Shown: positions 43,325 to 51,919 of the stretch, one piece after another
Layout of the letters: every line of letters starts with the position of its first letter
Position numbering within the stretch: the first letter of the stretch is position 1
DNA from: Bryobacteraceae bacterium
GTDB lineage: Bacteria; Acidobacteriota; Terriglobia; Bryobacterales; Bryobacteraceae
Reading direction: 5' to 3'
DNA length: 53,400 nucleotides
NCBI GenBank assembly: GCA_035316385.1
Contig: DATHIZ010000451.1
Coordinates: 1 to 53,400 of the forward strand
Position numbers and translations under genes: made by a program
Notes under the pieces: generated by a model
Databases searched by the model: none
What the model saw: only the letters and a program-made list of their open reading frames with translations
What the model was told of the DNA's origin: nothing

Positions 43325-45250
43325 GTGTTGAGCGGGCTTTCATCTCCCGCTGGAGCAATCCGTACCCGGGCCAGCGAAGGTTTACAGCACTTGGAAGAAG
43401 AAGTACTCGGTAAAGCGTACGATTCACGCCTGATGCGGCGGCTTCTGACGTACATGAAGCCATACTCGGCCGTCGTAGCCGCTTCGCTCGCGCTGCTGCT
43501 GGTGGATTCTCTACTCCAGATTATCGGACCGCTGCTGACGAAACTGGCCGTGGACCGTTACCTGGCGCCAACGGGCCATGCGGAGACCCTCCCGGTTCTG
43601 GACCGCTGGCTGGCGCATGATCCCGGGACCGGCCTGACCCAGCTAGCTCTCGCCTACCTCGCAGTTGTTGTGTTCGGCTTCTTCTTCGATTTCGGACAGA
43701 CCTACCTCATGCAGTGGACCGGCCAGAGAGCAATGTTTGATCTGAGGCGCGAACTGATGACGCATCTCCAGACACTGGATGTGGCGTACTTCGACAAAAA
43801 TCCAGTGGGGCGGCTGGTCACGCGCGTTACAACCGACGTCGATGTCTTGAACGATCTGTTCACCTCAGGACTGGTCACGATTGTGGGCGACGTGCTGATG
43901 CTGCTGTTCGTAATCGTCGCCATGCTGCAGCTGAGCCCCGGCATGACCGGACTCATGCTGGCCGTGATGCCCCTAGTGGTGCTGGTGACCATTCAATTCC
44001 GGCGCACGGCTTCGCAAAGCTACCGGAAAATTCGCGTGGCCATCGCCAGAATAAATGCTTATCTGCAAGAGCACGTGGCCGGCATAGCGGTGTTGCAGCT
44101 CTTCAACCGCGAGCAAAAGAGCCGGGAAGAGTTCGAGCAGATCAACCGCAACCACATGCTGGCCTTCAAGGATTCCATCACGGCCTATGGATGGTTTTAC
44201 CCGGTGGTGGAGTTCCTGGGAACGCTTTCGCTGGGTTTGCTGCTGATCTATGGAGGGTTCCGCATACGCCAGGGCGCGCTGACCATCGGGGTGCTGGTAG
44301 CGTTCTTCCAATACAGCATGCGATTCTTCCGGCCGATCCAGGATCTAAGTGAAAAATACAACATCCTGCAAGGCGCAATGGCGGCGTCCGAACGGATCTT
44401 CAGATTGCTCGACACCCGCCCGCAAGTGGTTTCCCCGCCGGCGCCCACACCGTTTCCCGAAGGACCGGTGGATGTGGAATTCGATCAGGTCTGGTTCGCC
44501 TATAACGACGAAGACTGGGTGTTGAAAGACGTGAGTTTTCGCGTGGCCGCCGGAGAGACACTGGCCATTGTGGGCCACACCGGCGCGGGCAAAACAACGC
44601 TCACCAACTTGTTGCTGCGCTTTTATGACGTGCAGCGCGGCGCGATACGCATTGGCGGTATAGATATTCGCTCGTTCGACCTGATTGATCTGCGGCGGCG
44701 CTTCGGAGTAGTTCTGCAGGACCCGTATCTGTTCACGGGAACGCTGGAATCGAATATCCGCCTAGGCACCCCCGGAATCGGGGCGGAAGAGGTGCGGGCC
44801 GCGGCCGAGCGCGTAAACCTGCTCGATTTCGTGGATTCGCTGCCAAGCCGCTTCGACACTCCGGTGCGCGAGCGCGGCAATGGATTTTCAACCGGGCAGA
44901 AGCAGTTGATCAGCTTTGCGCGGGCGTTGGCGCACAATCCCCGGATACTCATTCTGGACGAAGCAACCTCGAGCGTGGATACCGAAACAGAGATCCGGGT
45001 GCGCGAAGCATTGACGCGGCTGGTCACAAACCGGACGTCGATCGTAATTGCACACCGGCTCTCCACCATCCAGCGCGCGGACCGCATCATCGTGATGCAT
45101 AAAGCGCAATTGCGCGAAGCCGGCACGCATCAGGAACTGCTGACGCGGAGAGGCATTTACTGGAAGCTATACCTATTGCAGTACAAAGATCAGCAGTATC
45201 AGGATCAGGGAAATGAGCCCCGACAAGAACTCGCGCCCCAACAGCTTTAA
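43325..45250 (+). CDS. ABC exporter, fused permease/ATPase (MsbA/type-1 exporter fold)
   Basis: Six-TM N-terminal domain. Walker A GHTGAGKTT, signature FSTGQKQLISFARAL, Walker B ILILDEATSSVD, H-loop IVIAHR. GTG start. The conserved N-terminal LEEEVLGKAYDSRLMRRLL supports an early start. Confidence 0.9.
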   Translation: MLSGLSSPAGAIRTRASEGLQHLEEEVLGKAYDSRLMRRLLTYMKPYSAVVAASLALLLVDSLLQIIGPLLTKLAVDRYLAPTGHAETLPVLDRWLAHDPGTGLTQLALAYLAVVVFGFFFDFGQTYLMQWTGQRAMFDLRRELMTHLQTLDVAYFDKNPVGRLVTRVTTDVDVLNDLFTSGLVTIVGDVLMLLFVIVAMLQLSPGMTGLMLAVMPLVVLVTIQFRRTASQSYRKIRVAIARINAYLQEHVAGIAVLQLFNREQKSREEFEQINRNHMLAFKDSITAYGWFYPVVEFLGTLSLGLLLIYGGFRIRQGALTIGVLVAFFQYSMRFFRPIQDLSEKYNILQGAMAASERIFRLLDTRPQVVSPPAPTPFPEGPVDVEFDQVWFAYNDEDWVLKDVSFRVAAGETLAIVGHTGAGKTTLTNLLLRFYDVQRGAIRIGGIDIRSFDLIDLRRRFGVVLQDPYLFTGTLESNIRLGTPGIGAEEVRAAAERVNLLDFVDSLPSRFDTPVRERGNGFSTGQKQLISFARALAHNPRILILDEATSSVDTETEIRVREALTRLVTNRTSIVIAHRLSTIQRADRIIVMHKAQLREAGTHQELLTRRGIYWKLYLLQYKDQQYQDQGNEPRQELAPQQL

Positions 45251-46649
45251 GCCAGTGAAGCATCCGAATTACGCCATCCGCGCCTTCGGAGGTTTGAAGG
45301 TACGGCACAAGCTGGCCGTGTTGCACAACATCTTCTTTTTCGTGCTGGCGGCCTCGGTGTATCTGTCGGTGATTCCTTCCTTCTCCAGCCGCCTGGACGG
45401 GGCACGCCAGAGAGAGTTGAAGATGATCTCGCAGATCTTCGCGGCCGAACTGCCGCTCGACACCATTCAGGACTCGGGAGGACCGGGCGCGTATCCGGTT
45501 GAGGAAGGCTCCGCGGAACAGACCGGACTCTCGAAAGAAGGATGGTTTTATTTAAGCCAGCACCCCAATGGGACTTGGGAGCAGGATGCGGGCATGTTAT
45601 TCAGAGCCAGCAAAGCCCCCGGACTCTACCGGCGCGTCACCTTGCCGCGCGAGTTTTACGAGCAGGCGCTCCGGCAGGCGCGCATTACTCTGTTCGTGGT
45701 GCTAGGCACCATCTACCTGCTTTCGATTGCGATTCTGGAATTCATCATCATGCCGCAGTATGTTTACCAGCCGTTAGCTTTGATGCTGAAGGCCGACGAC
45801 GCCACGCAGCAAGGCGACCGCGCAAGCGAGATGATTGACCGGGAGTTTATTCTGAACGATGAGATAGGACAGATCATGCTGTCGCGGAACAACACGGTGG
45901 CGCAATTGCGGCGGCAGGAAGACGATCTGGCGATAGCGTTGCAGAAACTCGAAGAGCAGGACCGGCTGGTCAGTCTGGGTTTGTTGAGCACCAGCGTGGC
46001 GCATGAATTGAATACGCCGCTTGCGGTACTGCAAGGTTCTATCGAAAAGTTGCTGGAAACCAGCCCGGATTCGCTGACGCGCGAGCGTTTGGGCCGCATG
46101 TTGCGCGTAGCCCGGCGGATGAGCAAGATCAGCGAGGGGTTGGTCGATTTCGCGCGCGTCCGCAAGCAAGAGGCGGAGACTGTGGCGCTGCGTCCCTTAA
46201 TTGACGAAAGCTGGAGCCTGGTGGCGATAGACGAAAAAGCATCCGCGGTCGCATTTGAAAATCGCGTGCGCCCGGAGGAGGCCGTCACCGGCAATGCGGA
46301 CCGCCTGGTGCAGGTGTTCGTCAACCTGCTGCGTAATGCGCTGCTGGCAGTTTCTCCCGCCGGCTTGATCGAAGTCGAATCGAAATGCCTCCAGCGCGGA
46401 GGTCAGAACTGGGTGTGCTGTACAGTAACGGACGATGGACCTGGCATTCCGGCGCACGTGCTGCCCAATATATTCGAGGCGTTCGTTACGACGCGTCTGG
46501 ATGCGCGCGGTACGGGGCTGGGACTGACGGTGGCGGAAGGCATAGTGACGCAGCACGGTGGCACCATAGCGGCGTTCAACCGGCCCACCGGCGGCGCCTC
46601 TGTTGAAGTGTTGTTGCCCGCGGGACGTACCGGCGGTGGAGCGGCATGA
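45213..46649 (+). CDS. Membrane sensor histidine kinase (2 TM, ~120-aa extracytoplasmic loop, HAMP-like linker)
   Basis: TM1 LAVLHNIFFFVLAASVYLSVIPSF, TM2 ITLFVVLGTIYLLSIAILEFII. H-box SVAHELNTPLAVL, N-box VNLLRNALLA, G-boxes DDGPGIP and GTGLGLTVAEGIV. It overlaps the ABC gene by 38 nt. Confidence 0.85.
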   Translation: MSPDKNSRPNSFKPVKHPNYAIRAFGGLKVRHKLAVLHNIFFFVLAASVYLSVIPSFSSRLDGARQRELKMISQIFAAELPLDTIQDSGGPGAYPVEEGSAEQTGLSKEGWFYLSQHPNGTWEQDAGMLFRASKAPGLYRRVTLPREFYEQALRQARITLFVVLGTIYLLSIAILEFIIMPQYVYQPLALMLKADDATQQGDRASEMIDREFILNDEIGQIMLSRNNTVAQLRRQEDDLAIALQKLEEQDRLVSLGLLSTSVAHELNTPLAVLQGSIEKLLETSPDSLTRERLGRMLRVARRMSKISEGLVDFARVRKQEAETVALRPLIDESWSLVAIDEKASAVAFENRVRPEEAVTGNADRLVQVFVNLLRNALLAVSPAGLIEVESKCLQRGGQNWVCCTVTDDGPGIPAHVLPNIFEAFVTTRLDARGTGLGLTVAEGIVTQHGGTIAAFNRPTGGASVEVLLPAGRTGGGAA

Positions 46650-47275
46650 GCGAAGAAACCGCGGTTGCGCTCGGCTTAGTGGATATCGCCGTTCTGGACG
46701 ACGATCTTGATTTTCGCAACTACATCGAAGATTTGCTGCGCGACGAAGGCAGGTATGTCGTAAGAACTTTCGCCTTGCCCGAAGAGTTGTTTATCTCGGC
46801 CGGCAGCCGTGTTCCCGACATCGTTTTGCTCGATATGAAAATGGGGCCGGCAACCGGTGAGGAAGTAGTAGAGCAGTTGCTTCTGCGCTGGCCGGAATTA
46901 TGCATTGTCGTGATTACCGGCTATCCTTCGCTCGAGAACATGCGCGCGACTTTCAAACTGCGGGTCTTCGATTATCTGGCCAAACCGTTTTCGCTTTCGC
47001 AACTCCGGCAAACGCTGCAAAATGCGATTGAACAGTTCAGTTTGGGCCGTACTCCGCAAGACCGCCTGCGGGAACGTCTCGGGCACCGGATCAAGCTCCT
47101 GCGTGTGGAGAAAGACTGGTCGTTGAAAGACCTGGCCTCCGCGGCCAAGCTCAGCGTTTCGCAAATCAGTTCTATCGAACGCGGCGCCAATCTGCCCAGT
47201 GTGGAGAGCCTTTTGGCCATCTGCCGCGCGTTCGAACGAAAGCCGTCCGAGATACTGTCTTCTATCGGGTTTTAG
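46646..47275 (+). CDS. Response regulator with C-terminal XRE (Cro/C1-type) HTH output domain
   Basis: The receiver has all canonical residues: VLDDD, the phospho-acceptor in IVLLDMKM, T in VVITGY and K in YLAKPF. The C-terminus LGHRIKLLRVEKDWSLKDLASAAKLSVSQISSIERGANLPSVESLLAICRAFERKPSEIL is a classic HTH_3/XRE domain. ATGA overlap with the kinase stop. Confidence 0.85.
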   Translation: MSEETAVALGLVDIAVLDDDLDFRNYIEDLLRDEGRYVVRTFALPEELFISAGSRVPDIVLLDMKMGPATGEEVVEQLLLRWPELCIVVITGYPSLENMRATFKLRVFDYLAKPFSLSQLRQTLQNAIEQFSLGRTPQDRLRERLGHRIKLLRVEKDWSLKDLASAAKLSVSQISSIERGANLPSVESLLAICRAFERKPSEILSSIGF

Positions 47276-47300
47276 TAGCCTGGAAGCGTGACACACATTA

Positions 47301-47310
47301 GTAACGTTAC
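47301..47310. promoter_or_regulatory. Perfect 10-bp palindrome GTAACGTTAC between the REC-XRE regulator gene and the DUF3108 gene
   Basis: Read directly at 47301-47310 in the 71-nt intergenic region. XRE-type HTH proteins usually bind short palindromes as dimers. The operator role is inferred only. Confidence 0.3.
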
Positions 47311-47346
47311 GGGGAAGAAGCGCGTCAGGTAGCAACCGACTTATTA

Positions 47347-48120
47347 ATGCAGAGCTTCCCTTCCCTAAAGCGGCCCGCCGGCGCCGCCCTTCTGCTGCTG
47401 ATGCTTTCGAGTGATCTCGGAGTAGCGCGGCAACAGCCGGATGCAAAGAATTTCCCATTTCCCGAAAAGCTCTCTTACCGGATCGAGTGGCGCATGGTGA
47501 TGGCCGGCAGCGCGGTGGTGGAACTATCGCGCAGCGGCCAGAACTGGCAGACAACCTTGAATGTCGAAAGCGCCGGTCTGGTCAGCAGGCTTCTCCGCGT
47601 GAAGGACACTTACCGCGTGATTGGCACTGACCATTTCTGCGGAATTAATTCCTCTCTGGAGGCGCAGGAAGGCAAACGCCACACTTCGACCACAATGCTG
47701 TTCGACAACTCGCGGCACAAACTCGCCTACAGCGAACGGGATCTAATAAAAAATACTTCCAATCAGCACGAGATCGATATCGCCCCCTGTACGTATGAAA
47801 TCTCGGGTGCCCTGCAGTCTCTGCGTCAACTGAAACTGGAGACGGGCAGGGTTATCACACTGCCCCTCACCAATGGCAAAAAGATGGTGACCGCCAAAAT
47901 AGAAGCGCTGGGCGCCGACAAGATCACGCTAAACGGAAAGAACTACCCCACCATCCGCTACGAAGCCTTTGTTTTCGATAACGTGCTGTACCGGCGCAAG
48001 GGGCGGCTATTTGTCTGGATAACCGACGATTCCGAGCATCTGCCGGTGCAGCTCCAGTTCCAGATGGGCTTTCCCATCGGAAATGTAACCGTGTCGCTTG
48101 AAAAGCAAGAGACGTCGTAA
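47347..48120 (+). CDS. DUF3108-like secreted protein
   Basis: Signal peptide MQSFPSLKRPAGAALLLLMLSSDLGVA. EKLSYRIEWRMVMAGSAVVELS and an all-beta repeat pattern match my recollection of DUF3108. Confidence 0.6.
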   Translation: MQSFPSLKRPAGAALLLLMLSSDLGVARQQPDAKNFPFPEKLSYRIEWRMVMAGSAVVELSRSGQNWQTTLNVESAGLVSRLLRVKDTYRVIGTDHFCGINSSLEAQEGKRHTSTTMLFDNSRHKLAYSERDLIKNTSNQHEIDIAPCTYEISGALQSLRQLKLETGRVITLPLTNGKKMVTAKIEALGADKITLNGKNYPTIRYEAFVFDNVLYRRKGRLFVWITDDSEHLPVQLQFQMGFPIGNVTVSLEKQETS

Positions 48121-48157
48121 ACAGACTTCCGGCAACCGGGGCCGAGCAAAATACGTC

Positions 48158-49420
48158 ATGATAATGAATATGAGGTTCCGTGCCGGTTTAATCTTGTGCT
48201 GCTGCGCGGCCATCGCCTGGTCGCAGACAGAGATGAACATTGCGCAAATTGCAGATTTCATTCGCTCAGAACTGGCATTGAAGCAGCACAGCGATAAGCA
48301 GATCGCCGCGTATGTCAAAAAGCTGCAGTTGAGCGAAAAGCTGACCGACAAAACGATCATCGATTTGCAGTCGCAGGGGGCGGGTCCGAAAACCGTTGAG
48401 GCATTGAAAGCGTTGCGGGATCAGACGGCCACCATGAAGCCGCCTTCGCAAGACGCCACTTATTCTCCGGCCACCGCGCAGGAGCCGGCTCCCGCCATTG
48501 GCTCGCCTACCGTGATGCTGAGTGCGAAAGCGCCCCCTATTCCTCCGCCGGATTCCGTGACCCAGCGCAAAATTCTGGACCAGATGAAGGAGTATGCGCT
48601 GAACTATACGCAAAATCTTCCGAATTTTGTATGCGTGCAGGTCATACGCAAGGCCGTGGATCCGAACGCCGGTGACAGTTACCGCAGCCTGGGCACGGTG
48701 CTTGCGAAAGTCAGTTACAACGAGGGGCAAGAACACTACAACGTCTATTCGGTGAACGGAAAATTGACCGACAGCACCATGGACAAGGTGCGCGGCGGGG
48801 GCGCGATGTCCACCGGTGAATTCGGCAGTTTGATGCGTGAGATTTTCGAAGCCAAGAGCGACGCCGAATTCGCTTGGGATCACTGGGGCACCTTGCGCGG
48901 CAGGCGCATGGCGGTCTTCAATTACTCGATCGACAGCGGCCACTCCAGCTTTTCCATCTCCTATGGCGCCGGAGAAGGTGACGAACAGAGGATTATCACG
49001 GCCTATAACGGATTGATTTACGCCGATCCGGCGACCGGTGAGATCACCCGGATCAAATTCGTTGCTGTCAACATCCCGAAAACCTTCCCGGTGAGAGCTA
49101 CGACGGAAATTCTCGATTACGATCTGGTAGAAATCAGCGGCCAAAATTATGTGGTGCCGAAGATGGCTCAATTGCTCATGCTCGCCGGGCGGGAGAGTGC
49201 AAAGAACGAGATTGAATTCCGCAATTATCGCAAGTACGGCACGGATTCATCGATCACGTATGACGCGGACCCGAATTCGCTGCCTCCACTGCCGCCAGCT
49301 GAGTCGCAAGAGCAACCGGCGGATGCCAGCAAGCCCGCTGCGCCACCGCCCGCCAAAAAACCGGCTTCCACGGGGGACCCGTTTAGCTTGCCCACTGCTC
49401 CGCCGCCACCTCCGAAATAG
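48158..49420 (+). CDS. Secreted hypothetical protein with proline-rich C-terminus
   Basis: ORF 48098..49420 trimmed to ATG 48158 (MIMNMRFRAGLILCCCAAIAWSQ signal peptide). It has an N-terminal helical part, a central beta-rich domain, and the C-terminal tail PPLPPAESQEQPADASKPAAPPPAKKPASTGDPFSLPTAPPPPPK. No family recognised. Confidence 0.6.
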   Translation: MIMNMRFRAGLILCCCAAIAWSQTEMNIAQIADFIRSELALKQHSDKQIAAYVKKLQLSEKLTDKTIIDLQSQGAGPKTVEALKALRDQTATMKPPSQDATYSPATAQEPAPAIGSPTVMLSAKAPPIPPPDSVTQRKILDQMKEYALNYTQNLPNFVCVQVIRKAVDPNAGDSYRSLGTVLAKVSYNEGQEHYNVYSVNGKLTDSTMDKVRGGGAMSTGEFGSLMREIFEAKSDAEFAWDHWGTLRGRRMAVFNYSIDSGHSSFSISYGAGEGDEQRIITAYNGLIYADPATGEITRIKFVAVNIPKTFPVRATTEILDYDLVEISGQNYVVPKMAQLLMLAGRESAKNEIEFRNYRKYGTDSSITYDADPNSLPPLPPAESQEQPADASKPAAPPPAKKPASTGDPFSLPTAPPPPPK

Positions 49421-50630
49421 CCTGGAGGGTTTGATCCAGCACAGAGGAGTCCCGGTGCTGCACGACAATCACGCGAGCGCCTGGGGAATTAGGCCTCCAG
49501 CGCGCCAGCATGCGTTCACCGGCGTAGCCGCTAAACACGGAAACCAGCGGGACATTCGCGGCGGCAGCCACGTGCTGGCCGGCCGAATCGTATCCTACAT
49601 GCAGGTTTCCTTGTAGGATGTGGCTCGCAAACTCGGCATAGCTGCCGTCATGTAAATGAAGAAGAGACGGAGATCCCAGTTTCTTGGCGAGTGCATTGAC
49701 CCGATCGGCTTCTTCGCCGCCCGCGCCTCGATCCAAGAGCACGGGACGGCCATAGCTCAGCAGTTTCGCCAGCACTTGAAACTCAAATTCATCGTCAATG
49801 CGCTTATCGCCGTTTTCTCCCACGCCCAAACTGACCGTAATGTCGGCGATTCGATCCTGCTGAACGGGAGCGGCGTAAGGCCGTTGAAAATCGACGTCAA
49901 ACACTTCGGTGAGCCACTGCGCCGTCAGCTCCGGCAACGTGCCGTCTAATCCGCCGCCGAATGCGCGGCTTTCGAAGAAGAAATAGCGCGCATCATCGCA
50001 GACCGGAATCAGGCCCAATTGCGTGAGACGCGAGTCGGGGTCGATGACAATGGAGCTTAGTTCATCCACGGCCACTTGCAATTCCGCCGCGGCCAGAAGC
50101 CGGTCGCGCAGCAAACTGCCACGGCCGTAGCTGACGGTTATAGGCGCGATACACGGATCGCCGGCGAACAAGGCGGTATTTTTCTCCGGCCCCACCAGGC
50201 AGACTTCCGCGTGAGGAAAACGTTCCTTGGCCGCCGCCAGGGCCACGCTGGTAACTGCCACGTCGGCCCCCAGCGTGATGCGCGACAGCACGAAGACGCG
50301 TTGCACTTCCCCGCCCGGAAAAGGGCGCACCTGGCGCACCCGGCGATACCGCAGAAACAGCTCCTGCGCATCGTATTCCGGAAGCGCCCGCGCAATCACG
50401 TGCGAGAACAGACGGGCGTACACGTCGCACAATGCGGGATCGAACAAGTCGCCCAGCTGCTCAATCACAATTCCGAAGAGCGCGCGCGTGGCGGCTATGG
50501 CGCAAAACGGCTCATCCTCGTCGAGCGCGCGTTCGATCAGGTCATCCAGCACCCGCGAAGGCCACGTACCCTCTTTCAGACAGGCATCGAGGATCTCGTG
50601 CGCTAGTTCGTCAGCCGGTATACTTGCCAA
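49383..50630 (-). CDS. Glycosyltransferase family 9 (heptosyltransferase-like)
   Basis: The C-terminal motif LHVGYDSAGQHVAAAANVPLVSVFSG is the typical GT9 nucleotide-sugar binding region. VFVLSRITLGADV resembles the N-terminal GT9 strand. It has an atypical ~100-aa N-terminal extension. Confidence 0.65.
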   Translation of the reverse strand: MASIPADELAHEILDACLKEGTWPSRVLDDLIERALDEDEPFCAIAATRALFGIVIEQLGDLFDPALCDVYARLFSHVIARALPEYDAQELFLRYRRVRQVRPFPGGEVQRVFVLSRITLGADVAVTSVALAAAKERFPHAEVCLVGPEKNTALFAGDPCIAPITVSYGRGSLLRDRLLAAAELQVAVDELSSIVIDPDSRLTQLGLIPVCDDARYFFFESRAFGGGLDGTLPELTAQWLTEVFDVDFQRPYAAPVQQDRIADITVSLGVGENGDKRIDDEFEFQVLAKLLSYGRPVLLDRGAGGEEADRVNALAKKLGSPSLLHLHDGSYAEFASHILQGNLHVGYDSAGQHVAAAANVPLVSVFSGYAGERMLARWRPNSPGARVIVVQHRDSSVLDQTLQAISEVAAEQWAS

Positions 50631-51477
50631 TGAGCAGCCCCAACTTTTCTTTTGCCTCCTGCGGAATGGCTTTGCGGTCGGTAAGAATGGCGTGCTGCAA
50701 TGCCGAGCCGCACTTGCAAGCTCTCGCCGGCGGCATCTCCCGCACGACCTCGCGCACCAGCTTGCAGGCGTTTTCCGCGTTCTTCGTAAGAACGCCGATA
50801 ATCTGATCCACCGTCACGGCTTCGTGCTCTTCATGCCAGCAATCGTAATCCGTCACCATGGCGATCGTCACGTAGCATGTCTCGGCTTCGCGCGCTAATT
50901 TCGCTTCCTGCAGATTGGTCATGCCGATCACGTCCATGCCCCAGGTGCGATAGATGTTGGATTCGGCGCGCGTAGAAAAAGCCGGACCTTCCATGCAGAG
51001 GTAAGTGCCTCCGGCCTTGCTGTTGATGCCGATTTGACCGGCGGACCGATGTACAACGCTTGCAAGCTGCGGGCAGATGGGATCGGCGAAGCTGATATGC
51101 GCCACCACGCCGCCGCCGAAGAAAGTGGAAATACGTCCGCGCGTGCGGTCGAAAAACTGATCGGGAATCACGAAATCCAGCGGCGCGTGCTCTTCCTTCA
51201 TCGAGCCCACGGCGCTAAGGGAAAGAATGCGCTCCACGCCCAGCATTTTCATGCCGTAGATATTCGCGCGGAAGTTGAGTTCCGAAGGCGCAATGCGATG
51301 TCCACGGCCGTGCCGCGCCAGAAACGCCACCTTGCGGCCCTCCATCTCGCCCAGGATGTAGGCGTCCGAAGGGTCTCCGAAAGGCGTTGTGAGCCGCACT
51401 TCCTCCTGCTCCTCAAAACCCGGCATGTGATACAGGCCGCTCCCGCCGATAATTCCAATCTCTGCTTTGCTATCCAA
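50611..51477 (-). CDS. mtnP: S-methyl-5'-thioadenosine phosphorylase
   Basis: TTG start. IGIIGGSGLY, FLARHGRGHRIAPSELNFRANI, PAFSTRAES and MTNLQEAKLAREAE are MTAP/PNP-family hallmarks. Confidence 0.9.
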   Translation of the reverse strand: MDSKAEIGIIGGSGLYHMPGFEEQEEVRLTTPFGDPSDAYILGEMEGRKVAFLARHGRGHRIAPSELNFRANIYGMKMLGVERILSLSAVGSMKEEHAPLDFVIPDQFFDRTRGRISTFFGGGVVAHISFADPICPQLASVVHRSAGQIGINSKAGGTYLCMEGPAFSTRAESNIYRTWGMDVIGMTNLQEAKLAREAETCYVTIAMVTDYDCWHEEHEAVTVDQIIGVLTKNAENACKLVREVVREMPPARACKCGSALQHAILTDRKAIPQEAKEKLGLLIGKYTG

Positions 51478-51495
51478 ACTAGCTGCCTAGCTCCT

Positions 51496-51909
51496 TTATT
51501 TCTGAATTAATTCGAGTAAAACACCGCCGGTAGAGGCGGGATGAACAAACACGTACAAATGGCCGCCCGCGCCGCGCCTGGGTTCGTTCAGCAGGCGCGC
51601 GCCTTCACTCTTCAGCCGCTCCAGGACGGCGCTAAGGTTATCCACCCGCAGCGCAATGTGGTGCAAACCCGGTCCATGTCTTTCGACAAACTTGCCGATG
51701 ACGGAACCTTCGGCAGCCGATTCCAAAAGTTCGATTCTCGGCGACGAGGCCTCCCGCCCCGCCGGCAGCATCGCCACGGACACCTGTTCCGCGGCTACCG
51801 TCTCACACTGGCTGACCGTAAGGCCAAGCATCTGCTCGTAAAAACGCAGGCTTTCGTCCAAGCTGCGGACAGCTATGCCCAGATGATCGATTTCAATAGG
51901 GTTCTTCAT
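51496..51909 (-). CDS. mce: Methylmalonyl-CoA epimerase (VOC/glyoxalase fold)
   Basis: IDHLGIAVRSLDESLRFY, GPGLHHIALRVDNL and GVLLELIQ. 137 aa. It lies immediately downstream of meaB. Confidence 0.82.
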   Translation of the reverse strand: MKNPIEIDHLGIAVRSLDESLRFYEQMLGLTVSQCETVAAEQVSVAMLPAGREASSPRIELLESAAEGSVIGKFVERHGPGLHHIALRVDNLSAVLERLKSEGARLLNEPRRGAGGHLYVFVHPASTGGVLLELIQK

Positions 51910-51919
51910 CTGCCGGGGG

